From Macrostomum lignano (taxonomy: Eukaryota), in the NCBI GenBank assembly GCA_002269645.1, contig NIVC01000371.1:124001-188000 (forward strand): a DNA stretch of 64,000 nucleotides, read 5' to 3'. A model generated the notes under the pieces. The model worked only from the letters and a program-made list of their open reading frames with translations. It did not search any database and was not told the DNA's origin. The position numbers and the translations under genes were made by a program. Positions 22,653 through 34,600 of the stretch are shown piece by piece; the first letter of the stretch is position 1; every line of letters starts with the position of its first letter.

Positions 22653-25600
22653 TCACGATCTCTCAGTTGCGCGATAACTCGCGGACCGCCCGCCACTTAC
22701 AACTAGCGAATTTGATCGCCCACTGTTGATCTGCGGCAGGAAGGGCTGCTGCTGCTGCTGCACTGCCTGTCGACCAGCTGCTGTTGACGAAGTCAGCTCG
22801 TGCGACCTCGGACGCCGGTCGGAAGCGCCGGAAGCGGCACCGACGCCGCTGGTCGCAGACTCGGTCACTGGCGAGTTGAAGACCCATTCGTAGGTGCGCT
22901 CGTTTCTAGGGCCGGAATCTTCGCGCCTCGATTGATCGGCTTGAGCGCGCTCGAGCTCTTTGGCTGGTTGTGGGCCGGTTTGGGTCACGTGATTTGTTGT
23001 TGCTTTGAGGAAGCATTTTAATTGGTTTTTGAGTGGTGTAGTTGGTTTTAAAGGGTTGTAGCCTAGTGGTTAGAGCGTCGGACTCACGACTTGAAGGTCG
23101 GGGGTTCGATTCTTGACTCTCTCGGAACAATCTGTGTCCTTGAGCAAGACACTTAACTCTGCATTGCTTCAGTTCACCCAGCTGTAAAATGGGTGCCAGC
23201 ATTAGCTGGGGTAATTGAGGGTGTGTGTGGCGACTCCCCCCAGTCCTTGGACTGAACAGCCGTACGCAGCCTTCAGATGCGCCGCGCAAAAGCTGCGGCT
23301 GAGCTGTCGGTTGCACTCCTGCCCAATTGGGGCAGGTGTAACCAGTTACTATTATTATATGGGTGCAGTTGGCTTTAGTCACGTGACATGGGTATGATCA
23401 ATCTCCGTCACGTGATCTGTTTGGACGAGTGCAATGGATTTGGGGGTCACGTGATCTGTAATTGAACTAACTGGCTGCAGTTTTTATGGTCACGTAATTT
23501 GTTTATGGCGTGTACAGTTTATTGTGATCACGTGATCTAAGTTTGGGTGGGAGCAACTGGTTTTAGTCAATATTGTGATTTATTGACTTTCGTTCTTTTT
23601 TAAGAAGAGATTAATCGCAATAGACTGGCATAACAATTACCTTTAAAGTACTCAATCTTGTGCATGCTGTGCCCCTTCGATTGCTCAGCCGCAGGCGCAG
23701 CGGGCCGTGCGCTGGCCTCCAGCTTTTTGAACAAATAGTAGCGCTGCTGGGGATCTGTGAGGGCATTTTGAGTTGGAGCGCGTGCTGAAGGATTGCTTGA
23801 ATAGAAGAAAATTATAAATTATTATTCAATTTAAGAAGCCTTAAAAAGAATTGTTGCAAAGTACATACTGTACGCTCGTAGCCTGCTTTAGGTGCTGATA
23901 CATTATTACATTCCAATATTTCCTTCCATGTGGTCCATAGTATAGTATACAGTTACTATTGTACTAGTTAACGTTTATTATTGAATTATGAATGTACTCA
24001 AAGTAATAAATTACATGCCGTTCTTTGTAAAAAGGCAAAGAAGATGAATAGCAGAGAGGATCAAGAGGAATGAATAGAGCAAAACTGAAACTATCGGTGC
24101 AGGAGACAATAAAGTTGCAGAAAGAGACAAAGTAACAAAGATCTACTCGGTCTCAGGTGTTCATTTACCAAGCTTCATTCCTCGCTCAATCTTCTCTGCA
24201 ATAAAAAAATGACTGGCTATGTGTCCAACGCACAGGTTAGTTGAACCACCCGCCAAGTGATCAAACATCTCAAGATTGCCCACCGCCAGCCTGCCAGATG
24301 CTGAGTTGCTGGGCCAGCCTCCCAGATCCTCAGTTGCTGGGCCAGCCTCCCAGATCCTCAGCTGCTGGGCCAGCCTCCTAGATCCTCAGCTGCTGGGCCA
24401 GCCTCCCAGATCCTCAGCTGCTGGGCCAGCTTCCCAGATCCTCAGTTGCTGGGCCAGCCTCCCAGATCCTCAGCTGCTGGGCCAGCCTCCCAGATCCTCA
24501 GTTGCTGGGCCAGCCTCTCAGATCCTCAGTTGATGGGCCAGCCTCCCAGATCCTCAGTTGCTGGGCCACCGCTAGTGCCTCCCAGATCCTCAGTGTCTGG
24601 GCCAGCCTCCCAGGTCCTCAGTGTCTGGGCCAGCCTCCCAGGCCCTCAGTGTCTGGGCCAGCCTCCCAAATCCTCAGTGTCTGGGCCAGCCTCCCAGAGT
24701 GTCAGTTGCTGGGCCAGCCTCCTCTCTTGAGATCCTCTCAATCTCCTTTAAAGCAGGAACACAACAAAAGAGCGGCGTGTGTGTCACAAACTCACCCATC
24801 TTGCTCAGTCGTTTCCGTTTGTCCGAGTTCAACTTCATCTTCTTAGCCCTCTCCAGCATCACCTGAGCGCTGCGGTCGTCGTTAAAGCCCCTGAAAATAA
24901 TCGTTCAAAAAATGTATTGTCAATCATATTGTTTCAACTGCCTAATAGAAAGCTACATGACTCAACACTTATTCGCCTACCAGTCTTCTCTAATCTGATC
25001 GATTTTCTTAGACCGGTGAGTGGATTGGCTGGGGTTGCGGCCCGACTGTCCGGTGCCGGGCTCGCCGCCAGCCACTGTCGAGTCGGACCGATGCGTCACA
25101 ACCTGCAGGCTGCCTTCTGCAATTAATTGTTTGCCGAAACATGCAACATTTGCCTAGCTAGCCTACTATGAGTAGAGAGTTTAAGACAGAATATCTTTTC
25201 AATGAAAAATTGGGTCATTTTCAACTTTTGATATAAGATACTGCTGCCATCAACTCTCTTCTGTAGAGGGCACTTTGGAAAACCAAAAATTCACAACGCC
25301 AAAAATCCTTGCGTTCGGGAAGTAAACTCTTGGAATTGGGAATTCGGGATCTGTGGATGCCGGCCCAGCAAAGGAGGATCTGGGACTGGCGGTGGGCCCC
25401 TGCAACTGAGGATCTGGGAGGCAGGCGGGGGCACAGCAACTGAGGATCTGGGAGGCTTGCGGGGAGCACAGCAACCGAGGACTTGGGAGGCTGCCCTGCA
25501 AAGGAGGGTCTGGGAGGCTGGGGGGGCACAGCAACTGAGGATTTAGGAAGCTGGGGGGGGCACAGCAACTGATCATGTTGATTGCCAAATGAGATTGGTA

Positions 25601-28600
25601 ATAATCAATCGAAAGATTGTTTCTTTTAATAGTGTAAAAATACTTAAAACGGTTAATATCGAGTTTTATCTCGTTTTAGCCAGATTGCCTACTATAAGTA
25701 GTCAAATATACACTTTGCTTACTTAAATCCAGTCGGCCCAGAGGCGTAAACCGGCCACCGCTGGTTGGCGAGTTGATCCACGCGTCTTTTGGTGGCAGAG
25801 CAGCGTGTCTGGGGCGCCTGGTTGGGCAGCGGGGTAAATCGTGACCTTTATTGTACACTTCTAGCAGTACAAATAAAAACCCTGGATACAAGGCTTGCAG
25901 TTAGAAATTCCGTTACAGTCTTCCGAATATTGAATACTGCTACTCATTGTTAGTAGTATGGAGGCGTCACTCACCGCGCAGAATCTGGACGGGGTGAATT
26001 CGGCAGTTGAATGTCGTCAAACATGGCGTCGACGTCCATCTGAGGTAAAGTGTGCAGCAGCGGGGATCAAAGCCAGCTCGAAAAGATATAGTGTACATGC
26101 AAGAGACCTGCTATCCAAGCTCACCTCCTCGATGTTGATGTCGGCCTCGTCCATGTCCTCGCCGTCCGACAGAACGCCACCGCCGCCGCCACCGCCGCTG
26201 CCGACGCGACCTTCACCGTCGGCGTCGTCGCCATCCTCGTCTTTAACGGTGGCCAGGGCGGCGCGGATCCACTGGCGCACCTGGTGACCCCTCCAAGTGG
26301 CCTGCGGAAAAATATTGAAAAAATTATTAGCCAAGTATGATAAGCCAAATATGATTAGCCAAAGGTGATTAGGCAAAACTTATTAGCCAAATCTGATTAG
26401 ACAAAGGTGATTAGACAGATCTGATTAGCCAAATCTGATTAGCCAAATCTGATTAGCCAAAGATTATTAGACAAATCTGATTAGCCAAATCTGATTAGAC
26501 AAAGGTGATTAGACAGATCTGATTAGCCAAATCTGATTAGACAAAGGTGATTAGACAGATCTGATTAGCCAAATCTGATTAGACAAAGGTGATTAGACAG
26601 ATCTGATTAGCCAAATCTGATTAGACAAAGGTGATTAGACAGATCTGATTAGCCAAATCTGATTAGCCAAAGATTATTAGACAAATCTGATTAGCCAAAT
26701 CTGATTAGACAAAGGTGATTAGACAGATCTGATTAGCCAAATCTGATTAGACAAAGGTGATTAGACAGATCTGATTAGCCAAATCTGATTAGACAAAGGT
26801 GATTAGACAGATCTGATTAGCCAAATCTGATTAGCCAAAGATTATTAGACAAATCTGATTAGCCAAATCTGATTAGACAAATCTGATTAGCCAAATCTGA
26901 TTAGCCAAATCTGATTAGACAAATCTGATTAGCCAAAGATTATTAGACAAATCTGATTAGCCAAATCTGATTAGCCAAATCTGATTAGCCAAAGGTGATT
27001 AGCCAAATCTGATTAGCCAAAGATTATTAGACAAATCTGATTAGCCAAATCTGATTAGACAAATCTGATTAGCCAAATCTGATTAGCCAAATCTGATTAG
27101 ACAAATCTGATTAGCCAAAGATTATTAGACAAATCTGATTAGCCAAATCTGATTAGCCAAATCTGATTAGCCAAAGGTGATTAGCCAAATCTGATTAGCC
27201 AAAGATTATTAGACAAATATGATTAGCCAAAGGTGATTAGCCAAATATGATCAGCCAAAGGTGATTAGCCAAATCGGATTAGCCAGAGGTGATTAGACAA
27301 ATCTGATTGCCAAATCTGATTAGCCAAAGGTGATTAGACAAATCTGATTAGCCAAATCTGATTAGCCAAAGGTGATTAGCCAAACGTGATTAGCCAAAGG
27401 TGATTAGACAAATCTGATTAGCCAAAGGTGATTAGCCAAAGGTGATTAGCCAAAGGTGATTAGCCAAAGGTGATTAGCCAAAGATGATTAGCCAAATATG
27501 ATTATCCAAATATGATTAGCCAAATCTGATTAGCCAAAGGTGATTAGCCAAATCTGATTAGCCAAAGGTGATTAGCCAAATCTGATTAGCCAAATCTGAT
27601 TAGTCAAAGGTGATTTGCCAAATCTGATTAGCCAAAGGTGATTAGCCAAAGGTGATTAGCCAAAGGTGATTAGCCAAATCTGATTAGTCAAAGGTGATTA
27701 GCCAAATCTGATTAGCCAAAGGTGATTAGCCAAAGGTGATTAGCCAAATCTGATTAGTCAAAGGTGATTAGCCAAAGGTGATTAGTCAAAGGTGATTAGC
27801 CAAAGGTGATTAGCCAAAGGTGATTAGCCAAACGTGATTAGCCAAAGGTGATTAGCCAAAGGTGATTAGCCAAATCTGATTAGTCAAAGGTGATTAGCCA
27901 AAGGTGATTAGTCAAAGGTGATTAGCCAAATCTGATTAGTCAAAAGTGATTAGCCAAAGGTGATTAGCCAAAGGTGATTAGCCAAAGGTGATTAGCCAAA
28001 CGTGATTAGCCAAACGTGATTAGCCAAAGGTGATTAGCCAAATCTGATTAGTCAAAGGTGATTAGCCAAATCTGATTAGCCAAAGGTGATTAGCCAAAGG
28101 TGATTAGCCAAATCTGATTAGTCAAAGGTGATTAGCCAAAGGTGATTAGTCAAAGGTGATTAGCCAAAGGTGATTAGCCAAAGGTGATTAGCCAAACGTG
28201 ATTAGCCAAAGGTGATTAGCCAAAGGTGATTAGCCAAATCTGATTAGTCAAAGGTGATTAGCCAAAGGTGATTAGTCAAAGGTGATTAGCCAAATCTGAT
28301 TAGTCAAAAGTGATTAGCCAAAGGTGATTAGCCAAAGGTGATTAGCCAAAGGTGATTAGCCAAACGTGATTAGCCAAAGGTGATTAGCCAAAGGTGATTA
28401 GCCAAAGGTGATTAGCCAAACCTGAATTCTCGCCGCCGCCAGCTCCAGCCGACTCAAATTTTCGTCCATCTTCTTTCGGAACAAGTAGCCCCGATAGGTG
28501 GCCTGTATTTTCACCGCGGCAGCTGTTTCTAATGACATTGGCGCCAGTTGTGGCGCCATTTGTGGCGCGGGTTGTGGCGCCGTTTGTGGCGCCATCGGCC

Positions 28601-28651
28601 GCGTCGTTTTATGCTGCGCCGATTTGGGTCCCGAAACGCTGCCGCTTCTGC

Positions 28652-28694
<43 letters not shown>

Positions 28695-31600
28695 CAGACT
28701 GTCTTCAACGCCATCATATTCGAGCAGGTCGGCCTGTCTGGCGTCCAAAAAGTGCTCAAACTCCTGATAGCAGCGATGCCGCTTCGCAGCCAGAAAACTG
28801 TCGCCATAGAAACGACGACAGCGCCGAAGTCGGACGAGCGGCGGGCCGGCAGAATGCCGGACATGGCTGGCCTCGCGCTCCCCAAATTGGACGGAAAATT
28901 CCAGGCACTTTCTTAGAAACTGCGAGGCCGGCGGCCCCGCCTCCTCCAATTCGATTTCGTCGCCGTTTTCGACCAGGCGTCGCCGTGCTCGATCGGCCTC
29001 AGCCAGTCGGCGACGGAGGGCGGCAGCTCCTGAGCCAGGATTTCTGCTCAGCCGGAGCTGCTCCACGACTGGCGCTGGCGACTCGGCCGAAGTCAGGGTG
29101 TTGACAACCGACAGGCAGTCGTCAGCCGACAGGCAGTTAGCGGACAGGTCCAGCTGGCGGAGGAGCGGACAGCGGGCGAGCAGGTGCGGCAGCGCCGAGG
29201 CCGCGGAGCTCGCCGAGCCCAGCTGGTTGGCGCTGAGGCGGCACTCGCGAAGGCAAGGCAGCCAGAGGGGGCGGCCGCCGCCTTCGCCGGATGTCGCCGC
29301 CGCTGGCAGGTCCTTCAGCGAGTTCTCAGCCAGATTCAACCGGATTAGCAGGGGACTGTTGCTCAGGCTGGGGAACTGCAGTTTCAAATAGATATCCGGC
29401 ATGTATGAATGATATTTCGGAGCCTGTGAGGATCATTCGGGGCGCCCGTTATGATCGTTTTTGGAGTTTACTATGGTCGATTTTTAGCGTCTATTATGAA
29501 CTTTTTGGCGTCTATTGTGATCATTTTTGGAGTCTATAATGAAATATCTGGCATCTATTAGATTGTTTTTGGCGTCTAATATGATCGTTTTGGCGTCTAT
29601 TATGATTATTTTTGCAGATATAATGACCATTTTTGTCTATCACGATCATTTTTGACGTCTATTATGATCGCTTTTGGCGTCTATTGTGATCGTTTTCGGC
29701 GTCTATTGTGATCGTTTTTGGCGTCTATTGTGATCGTTTTTGGCGTCTATTGTGATCGTTTTTGGCGTCTACAATGATCTTTTTTGCATATATAATGACC
29801 ATTTTTGGCTATCATGATCATTTTTGGCGTCTATTATGATCATTTTTGGAGTCTATTATGATCATTTTTGGAGTCTATTATGATCATTTAAGGCATCAAT
29901 CATGATAATTTATCAATTTTAATTATGATCAATTTTGGCACATTGCATGATTGGTGGTAATCTAAAATTCTGAAGAGATTGAAAAATCAGCATTCAACAT
30001 CAAATTCTTTATTAGACAAAATTTGAATGACCTGGCATCGCTACTAGCTAGTGGTCAGTCGATCTGGCAACAAGGACCATGTGTCAAAGCAGGAGTGCCA
30101 GCTTACATGCGTCAGGTTGTTCTCGCTGAGATCCAGATCAACTAGACAGGGCAGGCCGCCGGCGGAGTCGAATGCGCCGATGTGATTGCTGCCGAGGTTC
30201 AGCCAGATGATGGATGGCAGCAGCTGCAGGGCTGAGGCTGGCGCTTCGGTCAGCTGATTTCTGCTGGCGTTTAGGCGCAGCAGGCGCGGCAAAAGTACGC
30301 CGAAATCTGTTGGGCAGAAGCGGATATTGTTATTGATAAGGGTACACTTTTGCTAGATTTACTTTTGCTAGAAGTACTTTTGTTTGGCGAACTTTTAGTT
30401 GTACTTTAGTCTAATGTTTAAGTGTTATATTGTTTTTAGCTATAATTGCGCTTAAAAACAAATTCACTTAAAAAACTTTAATAAAAAATTACTTTCTAAT
30501 GATACACTTTTTTATTGTACCATGGGTGTCAGTTTAATGTGTACTTTAATAATGTACTTTTACAGGATGGATTTTTGTAATTGTGCGCACTTTCTAATCA
30601 ACTTCCAGCTCGGAAAACGTAGAGTCATACATAATAAAAGTACAAATGACTCACTCAACCGCGTCAGTCTATTGCCGCTGACGTCAAGGTGTGTCAACCG
30701 TTTGGTCGTCTCCAGACCGTGCAGCGATGCGACCCGGTTGTTTGAAGCGTCCAGATAAAACAGCTGCTCCAGGCCGGTGACGTCCACGTGCAGCAGCGAG
30801 TTGCTCTGGAGGGTTTTTTATAATCGGGTTAATTCGTTGGTTTATCTTCCTGGGATGTTTAGTTTGCCTCGGAGGCAAATGGTTGTTTTGAAAGCGCTGT
30901 TTTAATGGCGCTGTTATGGTGGCGCCGCTATGGTTGGCGCTGTTGTAGTGGCGCTGTCATGGAGACCAATAGTCTACTGCAGCTCCCAGAAGCAGAGGAC
31001 AGCAAAATCGACTCACCGAAACGTCGAGCAGCTGCAGCTGCGGGCAGCAAGCCGCCAGCTCCGGCAGGTGGGGCAGCCCGCAGCCGGTCAGCCGGAGGGC
31101 GCGCAGGGCGACGCACCGGCCGAGGAAGTCGGTGACGATGCCGACTGGCGGAGGCGGCGACGGCGACACTAAACTGAGGGCGGCGGCTTCGCCGGGCTTG
31201 GTGACCTCCGCTGTGCCGTCTGCGTCGACAGCGACGGCGAGAAGTCGAGTTCGCGCCGCCGACGCCTCCTCGGGCGACAGCGAAGCCATCGCGTCCGCCG
31301 CCGCCCGCTGTTGCCGACGTGGCCGACGCTTCGGACTCGGCGCTGATGCGGCCGCGGCGGCGGCGGAAGCGACAGCCGCGTAGGTTGGCTGCGACTTGAG
31401 CCACGACAGGCGGGCGATGAACAAATCCTGCCCCAGGTCGCTCATGTGGTCCGTGGTTCGTTCGCGAGCCGGCGCAGAGTCGAATGTGGCGGCCGCGGGT
31501 TCAGCATTCGGCTTGTTGAGCTCGGCTCTGGAGATGGGCTGCTTGGAGTCTGAGTTGGCTGATTGAACACCAGACTTGGCTGTTTGCTCAGATGACTGCT

Positions 31601-34600
31601 CACTTGGGGTCTTTACTGCGTCTGAGTCGACTTTGTTAGATGCAGGCAGAGGATTTACTGGGGTGTCTGGTCGGACAGAATCTGGTTCTGATTGTCTGGG
31701 GGTCGCCTTTGGTGCTGGCGATTTGGACTCTTCGATTTCCGTTGCTGAAGCATCCGGAGATTCGAGAGCTGGTTGTTGCGAAGGGGTTTCGAGTTTTGAA
31801 GGCCTGACGGACTTTGGTGAGTACGGTGGCGCAGTGGACTCTGGAACTGCAGCGACAGTCTCTCCTGTTGATGCCGTTGTCGCTAATTCTTTGTTACAAG
31901 AAGTTGAATCCTTGGTTGCTTTCTCAATCGAAGCTTTACCAACAGCTTCTATTGCTGAGTCTTTGTTGCTGGTAGATGGAGAATCTTTGTTTTCTACCGC
32001 AATAGATTGTTTGGCATTGTGAAGTGAATCTTTTAAGTCAGTCTTGTTCTCATTAGCAGCATCTGTTGAGTCAAATGTTTCCAACACTTTTTTATCCACC
32101 TGTGCTGAGTCTTTGTTCTCAATCTTTTCAGGAGAGTCTTTGCTTTCTACCGTCGCCAAGTCTTTACTCTCAATCGAAGCGGGATCTTTTTGGTCCACTG
32201 TTTCTGAGTTGTTCTCCACCGCTTTCGAGTCTTTGTTCTCTTCTTCTTTCAAGTCTTTGTTCTCTTCTTCTTCTGACTCTTTTTTCTCTAATTCTTCCGA
32301 GTCTTTGTTCTCTACCGCTTCTGTCTCTTTGCTCGCTACTTCTTCTGACTCTTTGTTCGCTACTTCTTCAGACTCTTTGTTCGCTACTTCTTCTGACTCT
32401 TTGTTCGCTACTTCTTCAGAATCTTTGTTCTCAACCGTTCTGGAGTCTTTCTTTCCTATCTGTATCGATTCTTCGTTATGCACAGACGTCGCGTCTTTTC
32501 TCTCTACAGACGACGAATCTTTGTTTTCCACTGTCGCTTTACCGTTGTTTTCAACTGGCGCCGAGTCTTCGTTGTTATCAGATAGTGGCGGCGCCCTCCG
32601 CGACGTTGCGCGAGCGCTGGTCGGTCGTTTCTGACCACCAGCTGCCGCATCGCCAGCGGTTGCTTTTTCTTTTTCTCCCGTCTTCTTCTTCTTCGTAGTG
32701 TCAGAGTTTTGGATCGGCTTCTGCTGCTGCTGCTGGACCTTCTTTGCCGTTGGCTTGACGCTCGACTTATCGCCGATGGGTCCTGGCGTGTAGTTGGGAT
32801 CTCGCACCTCGGTCAGCGGCGGGAATCGCTGATCCGGCAGCACGTAGGTGCCGACGCCGCGGCCCGACGGCTTCTTGTCGTCCTCCGCCACCGTCGCCTC
32901 CTCCTCCTCCTCCTCCGGCAGTTCAGCAAGCGGCTGCTGCTGCGGCTGCGGAGCGGCCGAACTGACTCGACTAGAGCTTCTGGAACTGGCGCGGGAACTG
33001 AGGCGGCTTTCGCCCTCCTGCCGGCGCCTGTGATGTTCCAGAGCTTTTAACCGTTCGCGCTCTTTCTCTAGGCGAACCACCTGCAGATAATTGGAGCTCT
33101 GCGCTCTGATTTCTGTGTACTACTGACTAGGAAGTTTGATAGTAGCAGTGATAAGGTGGTCCTAATGAGTAATGACACTAAACTGACTACTATCTATACT
33201 GACTACACTATGCTGACACAAAAACTCTCGCACTGACACTAAAATGGTCCTACCAACATAAAAACTGTCATACGACAACTTGTCCCTCTATGCGCACTGC
33301 ACACTGTTCAGCCACACTACAACAAATTCAAGCGTAGCAGGGTGAGCCTCGAAGATGACCGCCTACGGCCCGACTAACCAGGAGAAACTAGGAGAACCAG
33401 CTTGCAGTTGCCAAGCTCCTTGATCAGGATCACCGGATTGGAGTTGCCACAAATACGCACATGTTTCTTCTGGGACTGTCAGGGCTCTGTCACAGATATC
33501 CAGTACGCTGAACAGTCCAGAAGAGGCGGAGGAAACTGAGTGCCAGCCCCCTGCTGCTTCACAACAACGCTTCATGCAGCTCACACCGCCCAAGGTTGCG
33601 ATGAATGCTGCCACCACTGCGGGTTCGTTCTGCCTGCTCAAGCGACCGTTCTGTGGGCACCATCTTGAGTTCAACGAGGAGGTCATCAGCCTCGCTAACC
33701 AGTGGTTGGAGGACCAATTAGCCGAGTTCTGCACCAGCGGCACCCGGGCGCTGCGGTACCGATGGCAGAGAAGTGCATTCATTGATCGCCAAGGTGACTA
33801 TGTTGTGCAACAATGCAACGTTATTCAACGTTATTCTACATAATTTACCCTTTTCTATAGCTGAGATTTGGCAAGCAACAGAATTGAACACCAGCTATTC
33901 AACAACAACCAGCCGCAGTTCACTCGTCTCCCCCACCTTCTCATTGAACACTTTCCGTCGAGCCCGTTCCAACTGTCGTTGAATGTCATCGCCAATCCGA
34001 TTGCGAATCCGGTAGCCGCGAAATCTGCGCTGAATGGTCAGGGCGGCGGCGTGACGTCGATTGGCGATGACGGACTCGCTCAGCTGGCGCAGTTCGTCAG
34101 TGCGACAGCGCTCTTCGGCCAGCAGGGCATCGTAGGATTCCAGCTGCTTCTGGCGTGGGGAGCGGCGGTTGCGGGTTTGATTTTTACATTCAGCAATGCG
34201 ACAGTCGGCCCGCAGCCAAGAGGAGGCAAGCAGTCTTGCCCACTCCTCTGGCACTTTCCCCATGCTGCACTTACCTTCTCCTCTTCCGCAAGCAGCTTCT
34301 CAGCTTTATCATCATCGTCGGTCGGTGGAGGAGGCTGCTCCGGCAGAGTCGGTTTCTCTTCTTCCGACCATTTGCGCCTGTGACTGGCCTTGGTCAGGTC
34401 GTTGTAGAGACGCCAGCGCTAAAATGTTGCAAATCAGTTTACAAAAAATGTTTTTTTTGAAATAGTAACTGTTGTAAGTATCCTGTGTACCATTTAGGAC
34501 ATTCCAGTTCCGCAAGGAAACAGTAATTAGATTGCTGGAGGAAAAAATTGTGCAAGGGGAAGCTCTCACTTTAGCGCGTGAACTTGAGAGAAGGGAATCC

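Noticed and set aside
23053-23122. Functional tRNA gene (also 52356 and 62456)
   Set aside because: The acceptor stems do not pair and the heads continue into repeat bodies, so they are called SINEs.
25107-25108. CTGCAG acceptor at about 25103 for LRRIQ1-like exon 12
   Set aside because: It gives the wrong phase after exon 11. The upstream acceptor at 25117 restores the frame.
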